Source: Candidatus Krumholzibacteriales bacterium
GTDB taxonomy: Bacteria > Krumholzibacteriota > Krumholzibacteriia > Krumholzibacteriales > WJIX01
Direction: 5' to 3'
DNA length: 64,000 nt
NCBI GenBank assembly: GCA_046483305.1
Contig: JAWODM010000034.1
Location: 27,997-91,996, forward strand
This document shows, piece by piece, positions 8,310 to 18,093 of the stretch. Below the pieces are notes generated by a model. The model saw only the letters and a list, made by a program, of their open reading frames with translations, was not told the DNA's origin and did no database searches. Position 1 is the stretch's first letter. Every line of letters starts with the position of its first letter. A program made the position numbers and the translations under genes.

Positions 8310-11300
8310 CTATGCCGCGCCATCATTCTTCTTTCTGTTTCTTCTGATCCTTTCCTCCATTATCGAGTACAGGGTAGGAACGAAAAGCAGTGTAACCAGG
8401 GCCGAGAAAAGGAGGCCTCCTATAACCGATATCGCAAGGGGGCTCCAGCTTTCGGCGCCCTCTCCGGTGCTGAGAGCCAGCGGTGTAAGGGCGAATATGG
8501 TAGTGAAAGCGGTCATCAGTACCGGCCTGAGCCGCCTCTGTCCGGCAGTCAGTATTGCTTCCCGTATTTCATACTCTCTGGCCCTCAGTATATTGGTGTA
8601 ATCTACCAGCACGATACCGTTATTTACCACTATACCCACCAGCATTATCATCCCCACGTAAGATACCAGGTTCAGGGTATTCCCGGTAATGAGAAGGGCC
8701 ATTATTACACCGGTAATGGCAAAGGGGACTGAGAACATTATTACGAAGGGGTCGAGCAGAGATTCGAACTGGGAGGCCATTACCATATAAACGAGGGTTA
8801 TACCCAGAATCAGCGCCAGGAAGAGGTATTTAAACGATTCCGCCTGGTCTTCGGCGGTCCCCCCGAAGTGGAGCGCTATATTCGGGGGAATTTCCATCCC
8901 GTCTGTCTCTTCGCGGATATCCTCAACCACGTCACCGAGAGGCCTCCCGTATATCCCGGCATTCAGGTATACCACTCTCTGCTGATTCTTTCTCTCCAGG
9001 GTTCTAACCCCTCTTTCAATCCGCAGTTCCGCGATATTCGCAAGGGGTATCTGCCGGCCGGTAACCGGTGATATTACCGTGGTTCTCAGCAGGTTTCTGG
9101 TGTCCCTGCGGGTCTTCCTGTCGAGCCTTATTCTGGTATCGAACTCGTCGTCGCCTTCGCGGTAAAGCATCGCTATCTTTCCCTCGAAGTTATTCCTTAC
9201 CGTGTTCGATATGTGAGCCATATTAAGGCCAAGCATCGCCGCCTTCTCCCTGTCCACCTCAACCCACAGCTCGGGCTTGCCCGGTTTTCTGGAGATGGAA
9301 GGGTCGATTATTCCCTCGATTCCCTTAACCACCTCCAGCAGCTCCCCGGCGAATTTGCCGGAGGCGCTGTAATCGTCGCTGTATATCTCGATCGACACCG
9401 GTGTGGTGCCTCCCGACATCATCGCCGCGAACATATCGGTGGGGGTGAAATCAACCGCAACCACGCCTGGTATCTTCTTGATCTCCCTGGAGAGCATCTT
9501 CCCGATGTCCGCGTCTGAACGCTCTCTTTCATTCTTGTCTATAAGCATTCCTCCCACATTGATTATATGAGTATCTTCCTGCCTTCCTATCATGGCGCTG
9601 AATCCTGACTCGCTGGTTCCGCACCTGGCGAACACCATGTCGGCTTCCGGAACTTTCTCGAAAAGGATCTGTTCCACCCGGGCCATTACACTGTCGGTTA
9701 CCTCCACCCGGGTGCCTACCGCCAGCTCTATATTGCCCCTCACCTCTCCCTGGTCCACCATGGGGAAGAATTCCGTGCCGATGAATCTGGTAAGAAGAAG
9801 CGATGAAAGGAATATCACCAGGCCGGAGAGGATGACGGCCTTCCGGTGGTTCAGAGACCAGTTGAGCAGGCCGGCGTAGAAAGTTTCAATCCTTCTGAAT
9901 ATCCTGTTTCCGTATGCCTGGAGAGCGGTTTCCTTCCTGTTGTCAATCCGGCGAAGCAACTTTGAGGAGAGCATGGGAGTCAGAGAAAGGGCGCAGAAGA
10001 GTGAACCGATAAGCACTACTATTATGGAGAAGGCAAGTTCCTTGAAGATAATCCCGGTAATACCCGGGATGAATATAACCGGTATGAATATGGAAACCGT
10101 GGTGGCGGTGGATGCGGTTACCGCAAGGCCTACCTCGGATGAACCGAATACCGCCGATTCATTCGGGGATTCGCCGATTTCCTTTCGGTGATAGTATATA
10201 TTCTCGAAGATTACTATCGCGTTATCCACCACCAACCCGATAGCTATCGCCACCGCCGACAGAGACATTGTATTTATGGTGTATCCGCCCAGGTAGAGAA
10301 AGATAAATGCCAGCACCATGGAGAAGGGGATGGTTACTCCCACGATGAAACTTCCCCTCCATTCCCGCAGAAACAGGAAAACTACTATTACCACAAACAG
10401 AATCGCCCATAGTACTGTATTCCTGAGGTTGTTAACCGAATCCTTTATGAATTTGGACGAGTCCATGATGATGTTCACCCTGGCGTCCGATGGAAGGTCC
10501 TCAGCCAGCAGGGGCAGTTCTCCGGTTATACTTTCGGCCACTTCCACTGTGTTTTCATCGGACTGCTTCATCGCCAGCACCACCACCGCTTTCTCTCCGT
10601 TGACTCTTACCCTCCGGTCCTTTTCCTTGTACCCGTCAATCACCTCGGCGACATCTCTTACGTAGACCGGTTTATTATCCCTCACTGCCACCACCGTGCC
10701 TGCAATTTCATCAACCCCGGTGTATTCTCCTGGCACCCTGATAATATATTCGGTTTTCCCCATCTCTATCTTGCCGGCGGGCCTGGATATGTTCTCAGCG
10801 GCCAGGACGGTTGCTATCTGCTGTTCCGATATCCGGTATCCCTCCAGCTTTCCCTGGTCCACGATGATCTTTATCTCCCGTTCTTCTCCTCCCATCGCTT
10901 CCGCCAGGGCCACGCCGGGAAGCCTCATCAGTGGATCGCAAATCCTCTTTTCCACTATGTTAAAGAGTTCGTTATAGCTCTGGTCGGCAGTAATACCTAT
11001 CCACATTACCGGCATCATGGAAAGGTCGAATTTAATCAGCATCGGTTCTTCCGCGTCTTCGGGAAGGGCTTCTTCCGCGAAATCTATCGCCTGGCGGATA
11101 TCATTGGCGGCTTCGTCCAGGTTGGTGCCCCACTCGAAGCTGATCAGGATCGAGGAATAGTCTTCCATTGAATTGGAGTTGATATCCTTAATATGTGAGA
11201 TCGCGGCCAGGTTGGATTCCAGAATCTTGGTAACCAGGTTTTCCATATCTCTGGAGCTGGCGCCGGGGTATCTGGTGATTACGCCCATGGTGGGGATTTC

Positions 11301-11420
11301 GATCTCAGGCATGACATCTATCTTTATCCGGGTGAGCGATATTATCCCGATGATCAGAATGGCCATAAAGACCATCATCGTCATTACCGGTTTATCTACT
11401 GACTTTCTGGGGAGTTTCAA
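8310..11420 (-). CDS. RND family efflux transporter permease (AcrB/HAE1-like)
   Basis: 1036 aa, 12-TM RND architecture, GLVVDNAIVIFENI TM4 motif, more like multidrug HAE than heavy-metal HME pumps. Confidence 0.9.
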   Translation of the reverse strand: MKLPRKSVDKPVMTMMVFMAILIIGIISLTRIKIDVMPEIEIPTMGVITRYPGASSRDMENLVTKILESNLAAISHIKDINSNSMEDYSSILISFEWGTNLDEAANDIRQAIDFAEEALPEDAEEPMLIKFDLSMMPVMWIGITADQSYNELFNIVEKRICDPLMRLPGVALAEAMGGEEREIKIIVDQGKLEGYRISEQQIATVLAAENISRPAGKIEMGKTEYIIRVPGEYTGVDEIAGTVVAVRDNKPVYVRDVAEVIDGYKEKDRRVRVNGEKAVVVLAMKQSDENTVEVAESITGELPLLAEDLPSDARVNIIMDSSKFIKDSVNNLRNTVLWAILFVVIVVFLFLREWRGSFIVGVTIPFSMVLAFIFLYLGGYTINTMSLSAVAIAIGLVVDNAIVIFENIYYHRKEIGESPNESAVFGSSEVGLAVTASTATTVSIFIPVIFIPGITGIIFKELAFSIIVVLIGSLFCALSLTPMLSSKLLRRIDNRKETALQAYGNRIFRRIETFYAGLLNWSLNHRKAVILSGLVIFLSSLLLTRFIGTEFFPMVDQGEVRGNIELAVGTRVEVTDSVMARVEQILFEKVPEADMVFARCGTSESGFSAMIGRQEDTHIINVGGMLIDKNERERSDADIGKMLSREIKKIPGVVAVDFTPTDMFAAMMSGGTTPVSIEIYSDDYSASGKFAGELLEVVKGIEGIIDPSISRKPGKPELWVEVDREKAAMLGLNMAHISNTVRNNFEGKIAMLYREGDDEFDTRIRLDRKTRRDTRNLLRTTVISPVTGRQIPLANIAELRIERGVRTLERKNQQRVVYLNAGIYGRPLGDVVEDIREETDGMEIPPNIALHFGGTAEDQAESFKYLFLALILGITLVYMVMASQFESLLDPFVIMFSVPFAITGVIMALLITGNTLNLVSYVGMIMLVGIVVNNGIVLVDYTNILRAREYEIREAILTAGQRRLRPVLMTAFTTIFALTPLALSTGEGAESWSPLAISVIGGLLFSALVTLLFVPTLYSIMEERIRRNRKKNDGAA

Positions 11421-12535
11421 TTACCCTTTCCCCCTTCCACCGCCACTCTGCTTCCGTCACTGACCACGTTTTTGCCCGCCAGGATAACTGTCTCGCCCTC
11501 TGCCAGCCCTTCGGATATCTCTATAAACAATCCTTCCCGTAGCCCCGGTTTTACCTCTCTGCGCCTGGCGGCCCCATCTTCCACCACGAACAGATAATCC
11601 CTGCCGCTGGCCTCCAGGAGGGCATCCACCGGTACCGCCACCGCGCCTTTCCTCTCCCTGACGATGAGCTCCACGGTGGCGAAGAACCCCGGTTTCAGCA
11701 TACCGCCGGGATTCCCTGCGCTGACTTCCAGGGGAAAAGATCTGGTCTGTATGCTGGCCGCCGGGCTCAGCGAATAAACAGAGCCCTCAAAAAGGGTATC
11801 CGGGTAAGTATCAACGCGGATAACCGCCCTGTCCCCTTTGTCCAGATACTTTATATCCTCCGCCGGGACCGTCCCCTCTATTTTTACCGATGAAATATCC
11901 ATGAGGGTGGCTACCCCCGGGCTTCCGGGCATGGGGCTCAGGATATCCCCTTCATCAGCGTTCCGGCTGGTGATATAGCCGGCGAAGGGGGCCTTTATAA
12001 CCGCCTCATCCATGTTATAACGGGCCATCTCCAGGTTCGCTTCCGCCTGCCGCAGCTGCGCCATAGCCGATTCATGCGCCAGCTGCGCCTGTTCGTAGTC
12101 CCTGGTTGATACCGATCCCTTCTCCTTCAGTTTCAGCAGCCTGTTGTAATTGGTCCTGGCGTTCTCCAGGCTGGCTTTCGCGACAGATACCGCCGCTTCC
12201 GCCTGGTTCAACTGTATCCTTACCGGCGCCATGTCAAGGTTCGCGATAATCTGTTGCTCCTCCACGTAATCTCCCTGCTCAATCAGTATCTCATCCAGCT
12301 TGCCCCCGGCGGCCGGCACTATATCCGATCTCTGCCAGGGCTGAATGGTGCCGGTGAAGATTATCCGGTCGCTTATATCCTTTCTGGAGGCGGTGAACGT
12401 CTTGACCGGAACGGGGCCGTTCTCCTCTTCCGCTCCGCAGTATCCGGAAAAGATCATAGCCAGGGCCGCAATTGAAAGCAGAGAGGCCGAGGCCATATAT
12501 TTCAGAATCGTTTTCCGGTGGCGCTTATAAGGCAT
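11417..12535 (-). CDS. RND efflux periplasmic adaptor (membrane fusion protein)
   Basis: Signal/lipoprotein-like N-terminus, coiled-coil and beta-barrel/lipoyl segments. Overlaps the pump start. Confidence 0.8.
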   Translation of the reverse strand: MPYKRHRKTILKYMASASLLSIAALAMIFSGYCGAEEENGPVPVKTFTASRKDISDRIIFTGTIQPWQRSDIVPAAGGKLDEILIEQGDYVEEQQIIANLDMAPVRIQLNQAEAAVSVAKASLENARTNYNRLLKLKEKGSVSTRDYEQAQLAHESAMAQLRQAEANLEMARYNMDEAVIKAPFAGYITSRNADEGDILSPMPGSPGVATLMDISSVKIEGTVPAEDIKYLDKGDRAVIRVDTYPDTLFEGSVYSLSPAASIQTRSFPLEVSAGNPGGMLKPGFFATVELIVRERKGAVAVPVDALLEASGRDYLFVVEDGAARRREVKPGLREGLFIEISEGLAEGETVILAGKNVVSDGSRVAVEGGKGN

Positions 12536-12553
12536 ATGCTTTCCTTTCAGTTT

Positions 12554-13951
12554 TTATTCTGTTTCCGGGCTCCGGATCAGTTTGCCGGCAGCTCTTTCCA
12601 GGTTGGACCTGGCCACCAGATAGCGGGCCAGAGAGTTTCTGTGATTGGCCCTCGCTCTGGTAAGAATCAGCTGGGCATCCAGGAGCTCTGTGTTATTAAT
12701 GATTCCTTCCGTGAATTTCTGATCGGCTACCCGGTAGTTTTCCCTGGCATGTCTGAGCGCTTCTTCACTTGCCGACACGGACTGCTTCGTTTCGGTAAGC
12801 TGGAGCAGGGCCCTGGCCACATCCAGTTTCACCGCTTCCCTGATCTTTTCCAGCTCCAGTTCCAGCTGTTTTCTTCTGCTGTTCGACTGTCCGGCCCGGT
12901 GGGCGGCCGCTCCCCAGTCGAAAATGTTCATTCTTGCGACCACACCCATGGTCCAGGTGGTATAGAACTCGTCCAGATACTGCCGGTCGGGGCGGTTATA
13001 ACCGAGATTGGCGAAGAAGGAGATGTCCGGAAGGTAAGCTTTTCTGTCTATGGTATACTGTTTTCCAGCTATATTGAGCTGATTTTCCACGGCGGCAATC
13101 TCGGGCCTGCGGTTGACTGCCTCTGCGGTCACCTTATCCAGATTTATCAGGGACGGCCCGGGGTCAACCGATGGTTTTTCGGTCAGCCGGACCGCTGAAG
13201 ATAGCGGGAGCCCCAGCATGTCGCAGAGGTTCTTCTGAGCAAGCTCTATACTGTTATTGGCCTGAATCAGCCCGAGGTGCGATTCGGAGAGCAGGGCCCT
13301 GGTCTTTAGCATGTCATTTCTGGCGGCAAGCCCGTTTTCATAGAGGTTTTCAAGATCCTGCAGCTGCGAGCTGAGCATCCTTGCCGACTCGACCGCCACC
13401 TCTTTCAGTTCCATGGCGTTATACAGGCTCCAGTAGGACTGAACAGTTTCGAAAATAAGCTGGTTTCTTCTCGCCCGGAGGTCCGATACCGCGGCATCCC
13501 TGGCGAATTCACTGATATCGCACTGATCCATTATCTTGCCGAAGGTGAATATGGGCTGTGTAAGGTTCAGAGATAGTGAATAGTTGTTCGGGGAGCCTAT
13601 CACTATCTTCTTGGGCATCTCTTCCTCACCGGGGGTGGGAGAGCCGAATCCTCCGAACATCGCGGCGGGAAAGAAGGGGGCCATGTCCAGCCTGGTGTAA
13701 TTTGCCTCCCCGGTCAGCTTCGGCATACTGGAGGTTCTGGATTCCTTCAATCTTTCTTCGCTCTCGAGAATTTTCTCCCTGGCTATCTTAATGTCCCGGT
13801 TGTTCTTCAGGGCCATGGCGATGCTCCGGTCCAGAGAGAGCCGCAGGGTGTCGCCGGCCGCCGGAAGGGCGGCTGAGGTTTCGGCCCCGGCAGGCGAGAT
13901 GAAAAAAAGCAGCGCCGACTCGATTGCCATTATTCTGATCAGATTCTTCAT
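12554..13951 (-). CDS. TolC-like outer membrane efflux protein
   Basis: Signal peptide, duplicated OEP repeat architecture, 465 aa, upstream of the adaptor and pump. Confidence 0.8.
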   Translation of the reverse strand: MKNLIRIMAIESALLFFISPAGAETSAALPAAGDTLRLSLDRSIAMALKNNRDIKIAREKILESEERLKESRTSSMPKLTGEANYTRLDMAPFFPAAMFGGFGSPTPGEEEMPKKIVIGSPNNYSLSLNLTQPIFTFGKIMDQCDISEFARDAAVSDLRARRNQLIFETVQSYWSLYNAMELKEVAVESARMLSSQLQDLENLYENGLAARNDMLKTRALLSESHLGLIQANNSIELAQKNLCDMLGLPLSSAVRLTEKPSVDPGPSLINLDKVTAEAVNRRPEIAAVENQLNIAGKQYTIDRKAYLPDISFFANLGYNRPDRQYLDEFYTTWTMGVVARMNIFDWGAAAHRAGQSNSRRKQLELELEKIREAVKLDVARALLQLTETKQSVSASEEALRHARENYRVADQKFTEGIINNTELLDAQLILTRARANHRNSLARYLVARSNLERAAGKLIRSPETE

Positions 13952-13955
13952 GTCA

Positions 13956-14636
13956 TTACCGTTCTCTTTTCAGCAAGGGATAGAACTTCAGCCCGAAGTT
14001 AATATTTATTATACCCTGCTCGGTAAACCCCCGGCCGAAGTGAAAGGTATCCCTGCATAGAATATAGTTATAATTTGATTCCGCGGTGATCGATATCCGC
14101 CGGCTGAGCGCAAGCTCCGCTCCCAGCCCTCCCTGCAGCCCAATGCTCACCTTCTGCAGATCCTCCCCCTCGAACTGCCTTGCTTCTCCGAAGAATTCTG
14201 CTTCGGATATTCTCCAGTAGTACATTCCCGCGCCCGCTCTGATATGGATGTCCAGCTTTCCCGGCCTGAGGATCGAATAACTGTTGCTGAGTACCAGAGA
14301 GGCCACTGAGAAGTTGGAGGAGGTTTCGTAAATCTCTCTGGCAAAATTCATCCTGCCCGCGGCCGCGGATATCCTGGTGGAGAAGCGGGAGCTTACCCTT
14401 TTGCTGACGCTCAGTGTTAATTCCGGGCCGGTGTCGAGCAGGTCAGCGGATGAATTTTCCATATCCAGGGATCCCGATACCGGCAGAAGCATCCCCCCGG
14501 AAACCGCTGCCGCCCAGCCACTATTGTCCATGTCCGAATCATGCCGCTCCGCAGCGGCAGCCGTCTGAAAATGAACATTCAGAACTGCCAGTGAAGGAAT
14601 GACCAGTATGAGTGATATCAGCTTTTTCAAGTTCAA
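13956..14636 (-). CDS. secreted hypothetical protein, probable outer-membrane beta-barrel; first gene of the efflux operon
   Basis: Signal peptide and alternating-hydrophobic beta-strand pattern. Confidence 0.45.
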   Translation of the reverse strand: MNLKKLISLILVIPSLAVLNVHFQTAAAAERHDSDMDNSGWAAAVSGGMLLPVSGSLDMENSSADLLDTGPELTLSVSKRVSSRFSTRISAAAGRMNFAREIYETSSNFSVASLVLSNSYSILRPGKLDIHIRAGAGMYYWRISEAEFFGEARQFEGEDLQKVSIGLQGGLGAELALSRRISITAESNYNYILCRDTFHFGRGFTEQGIININFGLKFYPLLKRER

Positions 14637-14834
14637 GATGCCCTCCGGAACAGAAGCCGGAATGTATAAATATTAAGTATCGAATTATAGCAGTTCAGAG
14701 ATCGATAGTGAATCGATAATTATTCTGAATTATTCTGAAAATTATAATACTGATGCCCTGATGTCAATATTACCAGACTTGGAGTTTCCCCAATTTTTAT
14801 AACCTATAAGGTAGTCGATGATTTGTAATAGTAT

Positions 14835-14982
14835 GTGGATTATTGATATTTTCAAAATCTTGGTCGATTTCCCCGGCGAGGAAACCGCCACTCCCGCCCC
14901 GGGCTCGCTCTTTCTGCCCCTCCGGGTCAGAAATCCTTGCCCGCTCGCCCTCCGGAGGGTTTTGAAAATATCAATCATCCAC
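14835..14982. repeat. 148 bp element bounded by 23 bp terminal inverted repeats (22/23 match) around a GC-rich core; MITE-like or structured regulatory element
   Basis: GTGGATTATTGATATTTTCAAAA at 14835-14857 and TTTTGAAAATATCAATCATCCAC at 14960-14982. Core contains short CCCTCCGG repeats. Confidence 0.4.
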
Positions 14983-15264
14983 ACTCACCAGCAATGAAAA
15001 CCCTATTCCAGTTACCAATCTTAATAACTTATTGTATCTCGCAATGTTAGTAAAATACTTGCCGGATTTTTGGGGGAACTCCAATACCAGACAGACGGAT
15101 TTGCCTTATTAATAACAGAATTTTTCCCTGATTTTTTACCCTACGGCGCCATTCAGCGGAATTGGATGTTCAATATCTTTTCAGAGCTTCCTTGATTACG
15201 CGCCGGCCCGGGGTGGCGATCAAGGAAATAATGTTAAATATAGATAACAAATTGTAAAACACAC

Positions 15265-15293
15265 TTGACATGATGATAGAATATGATTAAAAT
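15265..15293 (+). promoter_or_regulatory. sigma70-type promoter (TTGACA, 17 nt spacer, TAAAAT) upstream of the XRE regulator
   Basis: TTGACA at 15265-15270 and TAAAAT at 15288-15293. Confidence 0.4.
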
Positions 15294-15372
15294 ATGTATA
15301 GTATACCTTACAATTAGTAAAGGATATTAAACATTGAAACCGGCACAGAGCTGATAGAGGGGAGCTGATGTT

Positions 15373-15585
15373 ATGAAACTTGGAAACAACCTGAGACGGT
15401 GCAGGTTCGAAATGAACGAAATGACTCAGGAGGAACTGGCAAAGGAGGTAGGCGTTACCAGGCAGACCATTATTTCGATCGAGAAGAACAGGTATGTGCC
15501 CTCAACCCTGCTGGCGCTCAAGCTGGCGAAATTCATGGGTAAGAGATTCGAGGAGGTCTTTTATCTTATCGAAGAAGATGACTGA
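15373..15585 (+). CDS. XRE-family helix-turn-helix transcriptional regulator (YozG-like)
   Basis: 70 aa, Cro/C1-type HTH (QEELAKEVGVTRQTIISIEKNRYVPS). Confidence 0.8.
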   Translation: MKLGNNLRRCRFEMNEMTQEELAKEVGVTRQTIISIEKNRYVPSTLLALKLAKFMGKRFEEVFYLIEEDD

Positions 15586-15621
15586 TTATCATACTTAAGG
15601 TTAAAATGAAAGGAGCCTTAA

Positions 15622-16098
15622 ATGAATACCAAGCTGTTTGTTCTTATAATTCTTGTCCTGGGGGTTGCCGCATTTTATCTGCTCCCGAGAACCAGGCTCA
15701 GCGGGAGGCTGAAGATGAATGAAAAACTCTTCTGCGCTGTGAATGTAATCGGTGTGATCTGCGGGGCAGCCGGCCTGGCCCTCTCGCTGGCCATGGGCGG
15801 GAAGATACTTACCGGGCACTACTTTGAGCTGATTCTTCTTCCCGCGGTGCTGGTATATCTCTATTCCGCGATGATCATGAAATCGACCGGAAATGAAGCC
15901 GCATATGACGAAAAGCAGAATTACAATATGACCCAGGCGGCGGCGTTATCTCTGCCGTTTTCGGTGGCGGGAATGTTCATTCTGTACGCCCTGTACAGGG
16001 AATCGGTTTTCGGGGGAATGGTCTGGTTCCCAGTGTACCTGTTCCTGAACCTGACCGTATACTCGGCGGGGGTCCTGGCATTTTTCAGAAAAAATTGA
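15622..16098 (+). CDS. small integral membrane protein (4 predicted TM helices) co-transcribed with the XRE regulator
   Basis: Four hydrophobic segments. A common XRE plus membrane-protein pair. Confidence 0.55.
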   Translation: MNTKLFVLIILVLGVAAFYLLPRTRLSGRLKMNEKLFCAVNVIGVICGAAGLALSLAMGGKILTGHYFELILLPAVLVYLYSAMIMKSTGNEAAYDEKQNYNMTQAAALSLPFSVAGMFILYALYRESVFGGMVWFPVYLFLNLTVYSAGVLAFFRKN

Positions 16099-16122
16099 TA
16101 TAGAATTGATTTGTAAAACGAT

Positions 16123-16150
16123 CATCACGTAGTATATATACTACGTGATG
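16123..16150. promoter_or_regulatory. perfect 28 bp palindrome, operator-like site 1
   Basis: CATCACGTAGTATATATACTACGTGATG is its own reverse complement. Core GTAGTATATATACTAC is shared with site 2. Confidence 0.55.
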
Positions 16151-16232
16151 TTAAGCATATTATAAGATATTTAGCCTTATATGGTTATGTTTTAAATTAT
16201 AATAACTATTTAAGAAGGCATTAAATCACCTT

Positions 16233-16262
16233 ATATTATGTAGTATATATACTACATAATAT
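16233..16262. promoter_or_regulatory. perfect 30 bp palindrome, operator-like site 2
   Basis: ATATTATGTAGTATATATACTACATAATAT is its own reverse complement and shares the 16 bp core with site 1. Confidence 0.55.
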
Positions 16263-16295
16263 GAACTAAAATTATCGAAATATATTTTCAGTCTA

Positions 16296-16350
16296 TTGAC
16301 AACAAAGGAATTACAGATTATACTATATATAAAGTCTGTAGTATATATAC
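16296..16350 (+). promoter_or_regulatory. sigma70-type promoter (TTGACA, 17 nt spacer, TATACT) plus a half-site of the palindrome core, upstream of the AbiEi-like gene
   Basis: TTGACA at 16296-16301 and TATACT at 16319-16324. TGTAGTATATATAC at 16337-16350 matches the left half of site 2, 14 nt before the ATG. Confidence 0.45.
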
Positions 16351-16363
16351 CAAAGGAAAAGAC

Positions 16364-17242
16364 ATGAGTCCTACAAGATTTCAAATAGCAAAAAAAGATA
16401 TTGTTAACTACTTTGAAGAATTAGAAGAAAATATTCTTACACATAGTGATATCTCCGATATACTTTTTAGAGAACGTGAGTTCTGGCGTTTACCAAAAAA
16501 TATGACATCCAATAGTTTTATTGACACTCTTATAAGAGAGACAAAATTACAAATGCATAGATTTGAATTTCCTTATCGCCCGTCAACAATATATTCCTGG
16601 GGAGATGTTTCAGAATATCAATTATATCTATCATTAAAACCTAATTCTTATTTTTCTCATTATACAGCAATGTACTTACATAATCTAACAGATCAAATTC
16701 CAAAAAATGTATATATAAACTCTGAACAGTCCCCTAAGCCTCAACAAAGAGGCAAGCTATTACAAGCTAATATTAACAAAGCTTTTTCTAGACCTCAAAG
16801 AACAACTAATAATATAACCACATACAATGAACATAAAATATATATGTTAAGTGGTAAATATACTGACAACTTAGGGGTAACAAAGCTGAAGACTGAAGAT
16901 AATGGTAATATCACAGTGACAAATATTGAAAGAACTTTGATTGATATAGTGGTTAGACCGATTTACTCAGGTGGAATTTATGAGGTATTAAATGCATACA
17001 AAGCAGCTAAAGGGAAAGTATCAATAAATAAAATAGTTGCATACTTAAGTAAACTAAAATACAAATACCCATATCATCAATCTATTGGATTTCTACTAGA
17101 AACAACACTATATGACGAATCAAAAATTGAATTGCTTATGGATTTTGATATTTCAAATAAATTTTACTTATCTCATCAAATGAAAGACAAGGCTTTTTCT
17201 GAAAAATGGCAACTCTATTATCCAAAGGGTATGATAAGTTAA
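16364..17242 (+). CDS. AbiEi-like antitoxin/transcriptional regulator (COG5340-type) of a type IV TA / abortive infection system
   Basis: 292 aa, Lys-rich. Segment YFSHYTAMYLHNLTDQIP and NIERTLIDIV resemble conserved AbiEi regions (from recall). Adjacent to a DUF1814 nucleotidyltransferase. Encoded in AT-rich DNA. Confidence 0.5.
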   Translation: MSPTRFQIAKKDIVNYFEELEENILTHSDISDILFREREFWRLPKNMTSNSFIDTLIRETKLQMHRFEFPYRPSTIYSWGDVSEYQLYLSLKPNSYFSHYTAMYLHNLTDQIPKNVYINSEQSPKPQQRGKLLQANINKAFSRPQRTTNNITTYNEHKIYMLSGKYTDNLGVTKLKTEDNGNITVTNIERTLIDIVVRPIYSGGIYEVLNAYKAAKGKVSINKIVAYLSKLKYKYPYHQSIGFLLETTLYDESKIELLMDFDISNKFYLSHQMKDKAFSEKWQLYYPKGMIS

Positions 17243-18093
17243 TTGCAGAAATTCTCCAAAAAGAAATCAAAGTAATAATTGAAATCCCCTGATCTTTCTT
17301 CAGCATTAGTTGTTGCCAAAACAGAGGGGAAATCTTGAGCGTGGAAGTCCCTATATTTATAAATTATTCGCAATAAGCTAAGTGGGACTTTTTTTGATTC
17401 AAAAATCTTTTGCATAATTTCCCTATTATTATCTATACCAATTGAAAAATTATTCATTAGTAAATGAATATCATAGAAATCTCTTGCTCTTGGTTTAATA
17501 GTCATAGTGTTAACTATTTGTTTATATTCTTCAGTTTGTTGGCAAATTGCTCTTGCTTTCTCAAAGACTATCATTTCAGGCGAATATACATATAGGTTAT
17601 AATCTTCTATTTTCCCCCTTTGTTTATTACTGCAGTATTCAAATTTACTAATGTCAATTTTAAAGGTTTTCCTTTGTTTAGGTCCGACTACTAATGCTCT
17701 TCTTCTCAATTTATCTTTATTATCTTTATATTTATCAAATGAATTCTGATCAATAATTTTAAAACTAATTTTGTATCCTCCCCAAAATGTTTTTAAATTT
17801 TCTGATATCTTTTCTGGGACTTCCTCAAATTTGAAATCAATAATTTCATATCCTTTTCTTATAAATGCTTCTTTTAATGTTTTTTCTAATTTTTCTGAAA
17901 TTAATCCAAATTCTAATTTAGTGAATTCACCATTAATTGAATAATCAATATCAATAGAAGATCTAGCTGAAATATTAAAAATATAGTTTATAGCATTACC
18001 ACCTTTTAAAACCAGTCTCTCCAATAGATAATCATCTGAAACTAGAGCTATAATTGCAGTCTTTCTTATTTCATCCTCATAATTATTATTCAT
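17239..18093 (-). CDS. AbiEii/AbiGii-like nucleotidyltransferase toxin (DUF1814 family)
   Basis: 284 aa with the NTase-fold signature LKGGNAI...SSIDIDYS (GG-x-A then DID). Convergent with the AbiEi-like gene, stops overlapping by 4 bp. Confidence 0.6.
   Translation of the reverse strand: MNNNYEDEIRKTAIIALVSDDYLLERLVLKGGNAINYIFNISARSSIDIDYSINGEFTKLEFGLISEKLEKTLKEAFIRKGYEIIDFKFEEVPEKISENLKTFWGGYKISFKIIDQNSFDKYKDNKDKLRRRALVVGPKQRKTFKIDISKFEYCSNKQRGKIEDYNLYVYSPEMIVFEKARAICQQTEEYKQIVNTMTIKPRARDFYDIHLLMNNFSIGIDNNREIMQKIFESKKVPLSLLRIIYKYRDFHAQDFPSVLATTNAEERSGDFNYYFDFFLENFCN

Noticed and set aside
7968-8601. Plus-strand ORFs 7968-8294 and 8182-8601 opposite the P-II-like and RND genes
   Set aside because: Antisense to well-supported genes; no motifs.
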